DNA of 64,000 nucleotides from Thalia democratica (Eukaryota): NCBI GenBank assembly GCA_965202585.1, contig OZ241833.1, positions 47,616,001 to 47,680,000 of the forward strand, read 5' to 3'. Shown piece by piece: positions 23,472 to 36,866 of this stretch (position 1 is its first letter; each line of letters starts with the position of its first letter). The notes under the pieces were generated by a model. It saw only the letters and a program-made list of their open reading frames with translations, ran no database searches and was not told where the DNA came from. The position numbers and the translations under genes were made by a program.

Positions 23472-24703
23472 CTGTAAAAAGTTTTAATCGGTTTGTTTTT
23501 GTATTCATTTAGTAGAAAATAATTAGAGAAAAAGTAAAATACTGTTAATTATTTATATATTATTATGGACTAAAAAAACTTTTAGTTAGTTGTTATCAAA
23601 GAAAGCTATATGTGTAAACCAGTCTTAAAAATGAAATACGACAAATATTAGATAACTACTTTATAACCTTTATAGAACTTGTAAAAAATACTAATATTAA
23701 GTTTGTTGAAAAAAAGTTCTTTACACAGTTATATTTACTAATATACTCAAAAAACTTGAGTGCTTATACTTTGATTAAACATGCCTAACAAAGGTTTTGA
23801 AGAGATTTGAAAACTTCAACCAAGGTACATATCTAGCATAAAATTACATGTAAAACATAATATTCTAAATACACAAACTAATTTTACAAACCGGTGTATC
23901 TGTTCCTATATATATAACATGATGTATCCTTGTATAAAAAACAATTACAAAAGTTTTTATGTTACTGAATAGTATTTGATCGTAAATTACCATATAAGAC
24001 GTAACGTACGTTTTTAGCTAAATTTAGAAAAATTTAAGAAAAAAACAACTTTCATTAGGTCTGCTTTTGTGACAATTACTCATTTGTTTTTCCCTTTAAA
24101 GTTCAAAATACTTTGAAAGACAAAAATATGTTACAACTAGTCTTAAAACGTTTTCTTCTATATTTGGGTAAACTATAACCAGTAGAAGTTTTATAAAAAT
24201 AGGACAAACAAAAATAGCATAGTTTAAAGTAAACTCTTTTTCGCTAACATTGATAAAAATCAAACATTTTCTATTTTAAGTTGTTTTTGAGCCTTAGACA
24301 ATAAATTCACTTATTTTACATGGACCTTTGTACACCATGAAGAACTTTATTGTTTAAAAGTACTTATATTTGGTTATAAAATATCTAATTTTACATACTA
24401 CTAATTATGTATGCGTGTTAATAATTAAACTTGTTTAGATTAATCGCTTAAAGAATTAAATTACACCAAGAAGTTATTTTTCTTATAAATAAATATCTAT
24501 AGAAAATTAGAAACTATTTTGTAGAAGAGGTTTATAAGTCGTCGAAATGTAGAACTTTATAATAACAAACAAGTGTATTTTTTGTGAAAGTTATTTAAGC
24601 AGGGTTATTATTATTTTTTTGTTATGAAAATCTAAAAAGAAAAATCTAATTTTCAGAAAAAAACTTCAGTTTATTTTTGACTTCCTCTGAGACAATCTTA
24701 AAC

Positions 24704-24846
24704 CCTTAATAATCCGTCCTGCACACAGTAATGTCAAAACTCAAACAACAAACTTCAAACGCTGGTTTATTGAGAGAGAAACTACTTTCGGTCTTTTAAG
24801 GTAAACACCATAAGTCATAAATTACAAAACCAAATAAAGACTTCAT
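24704..24846 (-). CDS. Tentative signal-peptide exons (24831-24846 and 24704-24739) of the mosaic gene: MKSLFVLTLLCAGRIIK(A)
   Basis: ATG at 24846. Splicing G|GTTTTG to a weak GAG acceptor and then G|GTTTAA to exon 23471 is in phase and gives a hydrophobic leader. The acceptor is atypical. Confidence 0.3.
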
Positions 24847-27800
24847 TCTTGAATTGTTGCACAAATGTACGTAAGTAGAAATGTATACGCCGATATTGTT
24901 TGTATATATATAAACAGTTTAAATTTTTATTCTAAAATTAAGCCTTATTAAATTACGTGCTGTATTATCAAAAAAAAACAAACTTTAAAAAATAATCTTA
25001 CTTTTTTGTTTTTGTTTCCAAACAAAAATTAAGTAGAACTGTTTATTAAGTGAAAACTAACAAGCAAATATTTTTCCAAACATGGGTACATACTAGTTTT
25101 AAAATTTAGATTTAACTTTTTATATTCAATAAATTCTGAATATAAACTAACGTTTTTGTGCATATATGGTCGAAATGATTGTAGTTAGGAGAAGTAAACT
25201 TATTGCCCGCCTACCCATGACTGTGGGGGGGTTTTTCATTGTTTACTAATATTAAATTAATTCTATCTGAAAAATAGTTAGTGTGCTTATTATTAATTTT
25301 TTATTTATTTAAAATAAAAGTTAGTATAGTTAGTATTTTATTAATAATTTTGAAAATATTTTACATCATTTAAGTATGTAGTTGTACTAAAACGCTATAT
25401 TTTATTTAAACTAAATAGAGAAAATAAAATGTTGTTAAAAAATTTTTAAACAAAAACAAAATTTAAAGGAGGTTCTATGTAAAACCATGTAAATAAAACT
25501 AAACCTAAAAATATTTTTAAAGACAAAAAGCTGTATTTTGTGGATTTTACTGTCTGTTTGTTTACTTTCGATAAGTGTAGTAATTTACAAAATATTTTAG
25601 ATAAAAGCAAAATTGAGATTTACGATAAGACAAAAAACCGGGTAATAAAAAAAAAATCTTTTCAGACAGTATACTTAATGAAGTAATATGTTAAGCTGAA
25701 CAACTTTTATGGAAACATAATAAGTACCGAACAAAACAAGTTTAAACTAATTTTAAAGAAAGAACATCAAGAAAATTCAAATTTTTCTTTGTCTTAATTC
25801 GCGAGATTTTTACAAAAGTTGTTGATTATTTCCGAATCTGTTTGTAAGCAAAAGTTTTGTAATATAAAGCAACTGGAAGAATGTCATAATCAAAAAGCAA
25901 AAAAAAAAAACAATAAGATAGAAGTTATCAAAATAAAAGTTTTGTTTTAATTTTCTAGGACCTAAACATTGTTTCAGTACTGTATTTGTAGACAATATAA
26001 AGTAATATAAAACACAAAACTTTTAAAACACTAAAAATTTTCATGACACTTTTATGTGAAAAAACCAAGTCTACTTATCTATCTACTATTTAGTTTATAC
26101 AGCACTGTTAAGCACAAGTCATTTAAGTTCAAGACAGGTTTTCCAAACAAAAGCAACTGAAATTCAAAAAGCCGACTAGTAAATTCTTGAGAAATCGTTT
26201 TCGGTGACAAAAGCGATTAATAAACAAGTGACACTCAAAAAACTTAATAAAGTTTACCTTCAGTTTAATTGTGTGTGTACAAAAGCTAGAAATAAAAAAT
26301 CTCAGCGTTAAAAGATAAAGAAGATAGCGTCAAAATGAATAACAGCTGTTCTCACTTAAGACAAAAAATAGCATGAAAAACAAAAAGAACTCAAAAAGTC
26401 ATAAGATAAGAAGTAGCATGAAATTTTCAAAACAATAAATCTGTTTGTTTGTTGAAATTTAACCGTTTGAAATCTATTTAACTTGTGTTGCTAACCCTCA
26501 GGCACATTTAAAACTAAAGCTAAGATTGTGTTTAGTGTGCTAAAAAATCACTTTTAGTTTCGGTTTAAACAACGATTGTTATTAATGACATAAATAAACT
26601 TTCCTTGGAACTATTAGTACGTTAAAATTAAAGTTTTGATTTATTTTTAATTTCAATATAACCAATACTAATTGTGGTGCATTTAATTTAAAACATTTTT
26701 TCGTTCACCTGTAAAAATTCAAAGATAAACAAACTACAATCTTTAATTGTTAAGTGTACATTAAATATAAAAACTAATGATTTTTTAAAACTAACCTAAC
26801 TAGCTATAGAAGTTGTTAAAGACAAATGTTTCTTTTTATACTGTTAGATTCAATAAAAAAATGCAAAAAAAATTAACCTTTTTTTAAATGTAGTAAATAA
26901 CAAAAATTTTTTAATTTTTTAGATATATGTTATATATTAAACAAAAACTTTTTAAATCCAAATACCTAAGGTTTTTATTCAAAAAAAAAAATTAACAGAA
27001 TTTAATAGAGAATGCTAATATTACATTGAACTATAAGTTTCAAATGATTTTACTTTAAAAGGAAAAAAAAATGTCGAACTAATACGTTACTGGACAATTA
27101 CGTATTTGTAATTACATGATTTTGAGTAATATTTACATAACCAGGGTTATAAAAACACCGTTCTTAATTAAAATGAGATAGTAAAAAACCTACCCAGTTT
27201 ATTGATATAAATTTAAATTGTTCCCTTTCAAAACATTTTTATTTGCACTTTTACACATTACCTATCATATATTTTCCTTTAAACTCAACAGTTATTGATT
27301 ATACAGTAATTAATCTTTATAAAGCTTAAAACGAACTTGACATTAAACTTATAATCAAACTGTAACTAATTAAAACAATTATTAGAGGTTGTTTATAATA
27401 CGTATTTTTAAAATCCCATAAATAACTGAATAAGTACATGGAATAGCTGTACAAAATATAAAAGTTTGCTTGTGCTAGTTAAAATCAGATAAATAATACT
27501 TATTTTATCAAGATAAACCGACGCAATTTTGCGCTCGACAAAAAATAGATTATCTTGTAACCATGAATAGATAATCTGTCTTCAGTATAATAACACCTAG
27601 TTCTGCGTATATAATAAATTATCTTTTAAAAGTGTGGTTGTTTGAGTATACTTGTTGGATATTGCAGTGTTGTAATAAAATTGTAAGGTTTTAAAAGATA
27701 TAACAATTTTTCCTAAAGTAAATTTGATATTTTAGCTTCAGTGTACTTTTAAGTAAAAAAGTAATATAAGTCAATAAAAACCAAGTTTTGTAGTAGACTT

Positions 27801-30800
27801 AACTTTAGTAGTAGAAAAACAAGCATTTTCAAGTTTTAAAAGCAAACTATGGTTTTTGAAATTATGAAAGTTGTTATAAAGTACGTCTAAAAGCTTAACT
27901 TCTAAAAGGTATAATCACAAAAATAAAACTTATATTGTTAAACTAAAAACTTTTATTACAACATCAATGAAACTCATGTGTAGTTAAAAACCCTTCTGTG
28001 TAAGTCTTCGTGGGAAAAAGCAATTTAAATGTTTACAATTTCTAGTAAGAAGAACTTCCCTTTGATATAACCGAAATTAAATAATTCGATAGTTTGCGTT
28101 CGTTGCAATTTCGTTGTTTGATTTTGCTTAGTAACAAAAAACGCTTGAGATTTAATCAAACAAAAATGTTTAGCGACTTAATTGTTGCTTAGAAACTAAC
28201 TTGTAACAGATTTGTAATGATCTTTTATTTTTAGCTCAACTTTACTTTTAAATTACTCATTAATAAAAGAGTAATATTAAATTGGAAGTTTTAACCTGAA
28301 CTCTCAAACGATAAAAACACTGAAAAATAACACAGCTGAAATAAAACAAGTTTTTTTTAAAACAATTAAATTAATTTACACTATCAAAACTCGAGCTAAA
28401 AGTAGTATAAAGTCAACCGTAACTGTTGCTTAGTTTAGAAACCTTTTATGTTTACTAAGCCTTCATATTAAACCATTTTTAAACAATATGTTTAATTATA
28501 CGTAGTAGCAAACATATATTAATTAAATTCTACCTTATATCTTCTTAAAAAATAAATATTTTTTGAACATGTAACTACTTGAAATAAGAAGAAAACAACA
28601 AAAATAATGACTAAGAAGTAAACCGAAGACTATTATAAACTTTTTTCACACAATTCGTTATTAATTAAACTAACTTGTGTTTTTGTGTGTTTCAAAATTA
28701 ACACATAAAAACACATGTTAAATTGATAAAAAAAGAGTACTTTAAACATTTATTGTTTCATATTCTAGTAAACTTGCTTCGCTAGGATTTTTATTAGAAA
28801 ACGGTTAACCTAAAACTTACAACATCAATAATAAAACTATAATCATTAATTTTAACAAGCCTTACACATAAACAAATTGTATTATATTAATGCTGTTACA
28901 AGCAAATTTTATATTCAAATTTAACACGTTAACTAAAAGCTTTAAAACAAAATTCCATCTAAGTAAGATATTAATTTTATTTTTTTTAAAAACAAAACAC
29001 TGAGTTTATTAAAACAAGTTTGTATTAACCTATAAAAATTTGTTTCAGATTTTGTAACTTTAAAATGAAAATTCCAAAAGTAAATTTTGAGTATCAAACA
29101 AATTTTAAATCTGTTTAAAGTTTATTAAAAAAATTTAAGTTTGCTTTGTTTTAAGGTTTGTTTTCTAGTTCAAAAAATAAGTGTAGCAAATAACAAAAGT
29201 TTATAAAATATAAACTGATGTTAGTTTCTTATCAGACTGTCTTCAACAAAATTTAACTAAAAATTCGGAAAAAAGCTAAATACCTAAAAATACTTATATC
29301 TAACTACTTTTCTAAATATACCAACGGTAAAATTTTTTAAACATTTTTCTTATAATCATAAAATAAATTGTATTCAAACAAACAAAATGTAAACATTTAA
29401 AGTTCTAAAATGTAAAAAAGGTAGTAATCAGATTTATTTAAGAAAAAGTAATAAATTTACTTAAAAAGTAACAAACAAGTTAAAAGTTTCTTATTACTTT
29501 CCAAAGTCTCATTAAAAAAGACTACACCCTTCTAATGTAATTACCAAAAAAAAGAGAACAAAAATTCATTAAATTCCACAAAGCATATATAAAATTCGGC
29601 ATTTTATTTGGAAAAAGGCCTCAAGCTAAAATGACTACTTCGAACATAATGAAGTAAAGTGTTAAATAAGCTTTATATCTGACCGTTTAATTAATAAAAA
29701 AATTGTGTATAACATAGAAACAGAAAACTTTTGCAGTTTTTTTGGAAAAACAAATTTGTGTAAACTTGTCCATCAGAAAAATAAACAATAAAAAAGTACT
29801 GCTTGTTAAAGAATAATTTTTTTGTTAAGTACTCAATTTTTTACCAATTTGCTTAAATAAAAAAAAAAAACACTGTACACTTTTCACATTTGTTACAATA
29901 AACGACTTGCTGTATAAAATAAACACTTTAGAAAATAATTTTATAAAGTAAGTTTAGTTTCTCCGTAAATTATTATTCCTAAAATTCTGCAGCACACTTG
30001 TGATAGTATTTGTACAATTTTAATAAACTTCTGACTTTAATAAAAACTAAATAAACAAGCAAACTAAAACAATTTTTTTATCGAATATCTTACAGCCTTA
30101 CATCGCAATGCCTCGACGTTACCTCGCTAAACCGCCTGGGGCTACCGTGTTATCGAGAAAAACGAGAGAACGGTGGTATGTAGCAGCTCTCTCGAAATAG
30201 AACAATTCTCTCGGATTACCTGCTTTCAGTTTTATATGTTTGTTTATTTATTTACAACTCTAAACGCCGGCTTTGAAGCGTTCAAACATTCGAGATTCGA
30301 TCAATCGTATGTAGTCCTTGTCAAGGTCAAAAATGAACTTTTTTCGCAAAATTTTAAACTTAAACACTTTTTTAGTATGTATTAGTCCAAGCTTAAACTT
30401 TAACAGGAAAACTTTTGTGTTCAAACTCGACCTATCGATTTGTAATTCTTCCGTAAGAGTCAAAAATTGGCTTCGATACGTAAGATAAGCTTGGTATAAT
30501 CTTCATGTTAGGGGATTTAATTTAAGCCTATTTTTTTTAAGTTATCTGGTGTTTCCGTTCAGGGTCAGCTTTAAACTCTAAAACCGGATTTAAATTTATT
30601 GGACACTTGAGTTAACTCTGGTCTGAAAATAAAAACTTATGAGATTACTTTAAACTCTTATTTAAATTTTGTTATAATTTTATACTTGATTTCTTTTAAA
30701 ATTAATCTAAAAAATTATGAATTGTCCTAACAAACTTTAGGTTTTATCGAAGTTAACGAAAATAATTTTATTCTACTCAAAACACAGCTTTAACATAAAA

Positions 30801-33800
30801 CGTGTAACAAACTGACAAAGTTATGTTGTAAACTTTGTGTATTTTGAGATAGAACTGTTCTGAAATTAAGCTAATAAATAAATGTCGATATAAAAATGCT
30901 TCACAAATGGTTATAACATCTAAAATCAGGGTTTAACTAGTTTTACAAAAATTAAATTTTGTCAGTTAAGTGAAAAAAATCAACGCTTAGTTTTAAACAC
31001 ACAGTTTAAAATTCTACTTGAAGATACAAACAAGCTGTAAAATCTAAATATGTTTTATTTCGATTACATCACGTATTTCTTACACAACAAAAAACATAAC
31101 AAAAAAGTAAAGTTGAAATTATTAGCTATATAATATCTAAAACCAGTTGCTTTTACCAATCATTGACTTGAGATATGACAAGCTTATTGTAAGCTTTCTT
31201 TAACCGTAAACTATTTTTATTGTCAGAATTTTAATATAATTTTGAGTGCTTACTTTAGAAAACTTGACAAAGTTAGACCTCTAAAACAGTTTTACTTTGA
31301 TATTTTTCATGAACCTCATACGGTGTTTGTTTACTCAAAGATAAACAGTTAAGAGAATAAACTAGATATATTTCGCATGAAATATTTAAATTGGTATATA
31401 TCTCATATGCATTATTCATTAGCAACTTTGCTTTTTGAATATTTCGTCATTACAGCTGACACTCCGGTTAAAAGTCAAAACTTTTAACTATTAAGTGGCT
31501 TAGAAGATGCTTATACAAATATACACTTGTTGCAAAAATTACTTGGGTTTTTGCTGTGTGTGAGAGAATTAAGAAAACTTTAACTTTTTTGTTTCAAACT
31601 ATTCTATTTAATATTCACTTGGTATTTACTATTCTAAAATTTTTAATAATTCAACTTAGTATACATAACAGATCACTTGTAAATATCACGTAATAAAGAC
31701 CGTAAGAACAGTCTTGTTTTAAAAAGTTTAATGAAATGATAGTTCGATTCTTAAAATTAAATAAGAATAAATAAATAAAAACATATATACATATTATTTT
31801 GTTTTTAAATTATATAACGGTTTGTAAATAAATTAGTTTGATGTTGACAAAAATAAACTTTGTTTAAATTAGTAATGACTAACAAACTATAAATTATTAA
31901 AGGTACAAACCTATTTATCCAAAGCAAGTAAACACAAGTATTAATTTACAAAATTTTCAATTATATAAAAACTTGCAAGCATTGTAAGCAATAATTAAAA
32001 ATGAAAATAAAACGTTTAATTTGTTAATACAGTTGGTTTGTACTTACATTTAGTCAAAATACTTAAGTACATCGTTAAAAAGTATGCTTAACAAGTATAA
32101 AAATACTTAAGTACATCTTGAGTATGTATAAATTATGTTTAAATCTTGACAAGTATGTTTTGGTTAAACTTTAATTTAAAAATCACTTATATTCGGGTTT
32201 TAAGTAAGTTTTATTAAAAGATTATTATTAATCAAAAATAATGCTAAATTAGCGTTTATAAGAAAAAAAAAGAATTAAATACGTATAATTAGGCTTTTAT
32301 AGATGGGTTCTTTAGGCTGAACTTTTAAATTATATAGTAAGTTGTTGAAAATTTGTAAACAAAAAAAGTCCACTGATCAAATTAGTTAGGTTAGGTTTTT
32401 AAGCAATTTTTATTACTTTATGAGTTTTAGGTTTACCTCGAAAATTTTATCGTAATTCTCAAATCTCAAAAATATATAAATTGAAAAAATAATTTTAACT
32501 TCGTTTTTGAAATATTTGTGTGCAAAACATAGTTATGTAAAAAATTATTTGCGGTTTATAGGTTGAAGTTAAATAAAATATTATTTTAAGTAGTTTGAAT
32601 TTAGTAATAGAAGTATAGAATAAATACCAGGTTTTTTAACTTTAAATATAATAGTAAAAACGTATTATTGCTTTACATAAAACATACAATAAGCTTTTTG
32701 TTCAACTTTTGAAATCTTAACAAATTAATTTTTTTTTTTGGAAATAAATTTATATCAAAAGTACTTTATAAGAAAAACTTATAACGTTTTATATGTTAAA
32801 TGTTATATGAGTTGACTTTGTTTTTAAAAAATAAGCTTTAAAAAAGCTAAAAAATATGTTTTGCTTAATTGTTAATTATTAGAAACAGTTTTATAGTTAA
32901 TAAAAAACAAATTTAAATCGTAATATAGTCAGTATAAGAAATTGCTTTAGTTTTTGTTTTTATACTATAACTAAACAATCAAAACCTCGAAACATTAGTT
33001 ACAGTTCAAATTTTATTTAATACTATATCCTAGCTTATATCACGCATAAAAACATCAAGTTTATGAATTGAGTCTTTTTTTAATACAAATAATTCTAAGA
33101 TGAATTTTGTTTTATTTCAAAACTATATTTTAAAATCGACGAAAAGTCCTTAAAAAAGTATTAAACGAACAATATAAGAAAATTTAAAACTCTTTGAAAA
33201 TTAAGTGCATTGAACGATAAAAAAATCAAATCAAACTAAGATGTTGATTGTGTTAAATATAAGACTTAAAGTTGTTTATTATCTCTTAATCTTTTAGATC
33301 TTAAGGACTTGTAAACTATTCTGTGTATATTAAGCAATTCAGTTGTAATTTTAGTATTGATAATTTTCCTGATGATTAGAAAAAAAACTGTTTATTAATA
33401 AACAACTGCGCGTTATCCAACTTTTTTTTTTGATTTTACTGTTTCTAACAATTGCGAAACCTACTTAGCACACTTTTAGTTAAATTTACTGATTTTCTTA
33501 ATACTTTTCATACAGTATCAACCTTCACGAAATCACCACGACATTTCAAAGTATGCACGTATCATCGTAGGGCGTGTCATTAACTTCAATATCTCCGTTG
33601 GCGGTTTTTATGAAATATTTTCGACGTATTCCTACGAATTCTCTATTGTGGCTTCGAAATAAAAATTTCTATACATGTCGACTCTTTAGCGCGTCGTGTG
33701 GTAAAATAATAACAGTATGTAAAAAAGATTAATAGAATGAGTTAAAAGTTTAAGCTATTTGATGTTCTTTTAAATAACTACAAATTAAATGATTTAGTCT

Positions 33801-34155
33801 GTTTCTATTCACCTATTGAGTTAATAATATGACAAATTTAAAAAGTAACAAATTCTACACATGAAATGACTTTATTTGACCAAAAGACGTTTAAAAACAC
33901 TGTTTTGAAAAAAAATCATAAGCTATCGCAAACACAGTAAAACTACAGTGAACAACAAAAACAAATAGGTGCATAAACTTTAAAAAAGAAAACCTCAGTA
34001 GAAAGTTTAATAAAAGTAACACTGTTGTAATTGCTGTTCATTTAAGTTGGTTATATCGAATTCATAATTAAAATTAAATGATAGAATTAAACATCAAAAA
34101 CGAAAATCATATTCATAGTGATTGTTAATATGTTGCAAAAAATAGTTGTGGCACA

Positions 34156-34226
34156 TTAAAGTGAAGGGCAGTCTAGTTCACACATTGGGTCCACGTAAGA
34201 ATCGCAGGTTGAACATCTCGAGTATA
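34156..34226 (-). CDS. Secreted prepropeptide gene, exon 3 (V-YSRCSTCDSYVDPMCELDCPSL-stop)
   Basis: tttcag acceptor (a second in-frame acceptor lies 6 nt upstream), phase 1 fits, TAA at 34158-34156. Confidence 0.85.
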
Positions 34227-36095
34227 CTGAAACTGAAAAAATTATTAGATTGAAAAATATGTATATGTTGCTATGAGTTCTAAGTAATATAAATATTTAA
34301 AACCATAAGTAAATTGTTACACTTGGTGTATATAAAAACCTTTTTAAATAAAGTTGTTTACTAAATTAATTTGTGCATAAAGGTCAATAAAAGACAGATA
34401 AAGCATGACGTTTAATCGCAAAAAGATTTATTAAAACTTGGGAGATTCATTTGTTTAAAGTTTTTCTGTGATCATTTTCTAGCTTTTAAAAACGTTAACA
34501 TAACAATAGTATTATTATTATTACTAAGTGACTAAGTCTTTAACATTGTCCTACATCAAAACAATCACAAAAACTTGATTATTAATTGGTTGTTTTATAA
34601 AATTGTTACCTGCTTTTTTTTCTAAGTCGGGATAAAGGTCATGACTTAAGAATTACATAAGTACAAAACTAAAGTATTACCATACTTTAAGTATGTTGAA
34701 GTGTAATAAAAAACAGTAAAATTTAAATACTACTTGTTATAGAATTGAAAGTTTTTAGTATGTGCTAATAACCTATAGTAAACTTATTTTTATGATACTG
34801 TGTCTGTAAACGGTTTGTTTATAGCTCATAAAATAAAGCTAGTATATGCTACAAAACGTAAACTTCTGAATTTTTTAGGGTTCGACAAAATATTGATCGC
34901 TAATACTTTACCTAAAGTATACTTATTAAAATCTTTTTATCTTAAACAAATATAATAAAAAATAAAAGCATACTTTTAGTTTTTATATTCGTTTTTTAAT
35001 AAAGATTTGATTTATTTAATAAAATGCTTCAAATTTATCGCTTCGGAAAATGCTTTAACAATTGTTTAAACGGTTTAAAAACCATACATTTATAAACAAA
35101 GTTATTGAAGAGTTTCAGTACTTTAATTGTCGTACTGAAACAAAAAATGTATGTAATAAATCAAAACTTTTGCTGACTCTATATAGTTTGGTATTTAATT
35201 AATGCCATAAAAAAAAAATTAGTATACTATACCAATGGATAAAAACTTCTTTGCAGGGTAGTCGAAATAATATATATCCATTAAATTGATACAAGTTTTT
35301 AAGATTAAACATTGTAAAACAGCTATAAAGCCACTATTAATTTTGTTAGTTAGGTAAAATTACTTTAAGCAAACTAATTGATGAGCTACAATTGATAGAA
35401 ATATTCTTCAAGCAACATTTACTATTCATAAACTCTTTATAAAAATATTTTAGCGTTAAATTATTATAAGCTATCTTTAGTTATCTAACAGATACCAATT
35501 TTATGTGTTACAGAAGAATAAACTCAAATATGCTTTAAGTTATCTTGTGTATGAATCAGCTAAGACTTTTATAATATTTTTAAAACTAAAATCGGTTCCA
35601 AAACAACAGACAGAGTGTTTACTTCAAAATAGTGCCACAAAAGTATGTGTTAGAATCAATTATAAGTTAAGTGAAAGTTTTTCACTTTTTATTGAATTTT
35701 TGTTTTAACTACATATTTTTTGATAATAAAAATTAAATAATAATACTTCATTGTAAATAGAACTAATGTTTTAAATTTTTAATTACTCTTTTAATGTACT
35801 AAATATGAAGTATTTTAAATAGCTAACAATAGATTTTCAATAAGTATAATTTTTTTACAAGACTTTACATTTTACAAAACTTAAATAAAGTATTTTAAAA
35901 ATGCTTACAATTGAAAGTAATATCGGTAAAAAGTTTAACCTGATAACCTTTAATACTTTAAATTACAAAAGTTTTCTCACCTTTTATCATAAGTAGGACT
36001 TCTGTTGCAGTCATACTAATTTATTAGCTACTACTAAAACTATCATAGAATTACAACAATTTGAAATTATTATTATCATGATTTTAAATACTCAC

Positions 36096-36258
36096 CTTTA
36101 TTGTAAGTGGGACTTCTCTTGTAGTCGTACTTCCCAACTCGCTTGCAAACTCCGTACTTGATTTGCTTGTGGACATCTTCTGAGAAACATAAAGTGTCGA
36201 TGTACTGGTTCAGTGCCCTCCTCAGTTGCGCTTTTGCTTCCGGTGTTAAGTGCCAGTG
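36096..36258 (-). CDS. Secreted prepropeptide gene, exon 2 (HWHLTPEAKAQLRRALNQYIDTLCFSEDVHKQIKYGVCKRVGKYDYKRSPTYNK)
   Basis: GC-rich exon with ccaacag acceptor and GTGAGT donor; phases 0 and 1 match exons 1 and 3. Confidence 0.9.
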
Positions 36259-36782
36259 CTGTTGGTAAATAAATATTGTTTTTTTAGCTAAACTTATACT
36301 AATCACAAAGTAATTATACTAATTTGTTTTAGCTACGACTTATTTTATTTTTATTTTAACCGCTTGAACCTAACATGTTTTAGGGTTTTCGTTCATAAGT
36401 TTCCTAAATATAGCACATCTATAAGCTGTGAAAAGAAACATTGTTTTATATGAGAAACCTTCATCTGGTCTAACCCAGATTTACTTTTAATTAAAATCGC
36501 CACTCAGTCAAAAGTTATTTTTATAAATTATTAGTTAGTCCTATATATTTTTAGTAACATCTGAGAAAAAAATGAAAGCATTTATTTTAAAACCAGTTTA
36601 CGCATTTATAACAAAACGTTTAAAAGAAGTACTAAGTTTTGTTTTTAGCTATAAAATTTAAACTATTTTGTCAAACATTGTATTTTTTACTGAAACTATT
36701 TTTATTACACTAAACTACTTTTGATCTTGACAAAACAAAAAATCATTTAAAAGTTTTAAAAAATAAAGATATTAAGAATTAC

Positions 36783-36866
36783 TTTTTCATTGTTCCTTTT
36801 CTGCCAAGTCGCATCAGAAAAATTCAACAACAAAACCAAAACCAAAGCTACTGATACAAACTTCAT
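36783..36866 (-). CDS. Secreted prepropeptide gene, exon 1: signal peptide MKFVSVALVLVLLLNFSDA followed by TWQKRNNEK
   Basis: ATG at 36866, hydrophobic core, phase-0 donor GTAATT, AG acceptor 6 nt upstream of the ATG. Confidence 0.85.

Noticed and set aside
33550-33562. CaaX prenylation signal at …DDTCIL*
   Set aside because: Cys is third from the end, not fourth, and the exon itself is unconfirmed.
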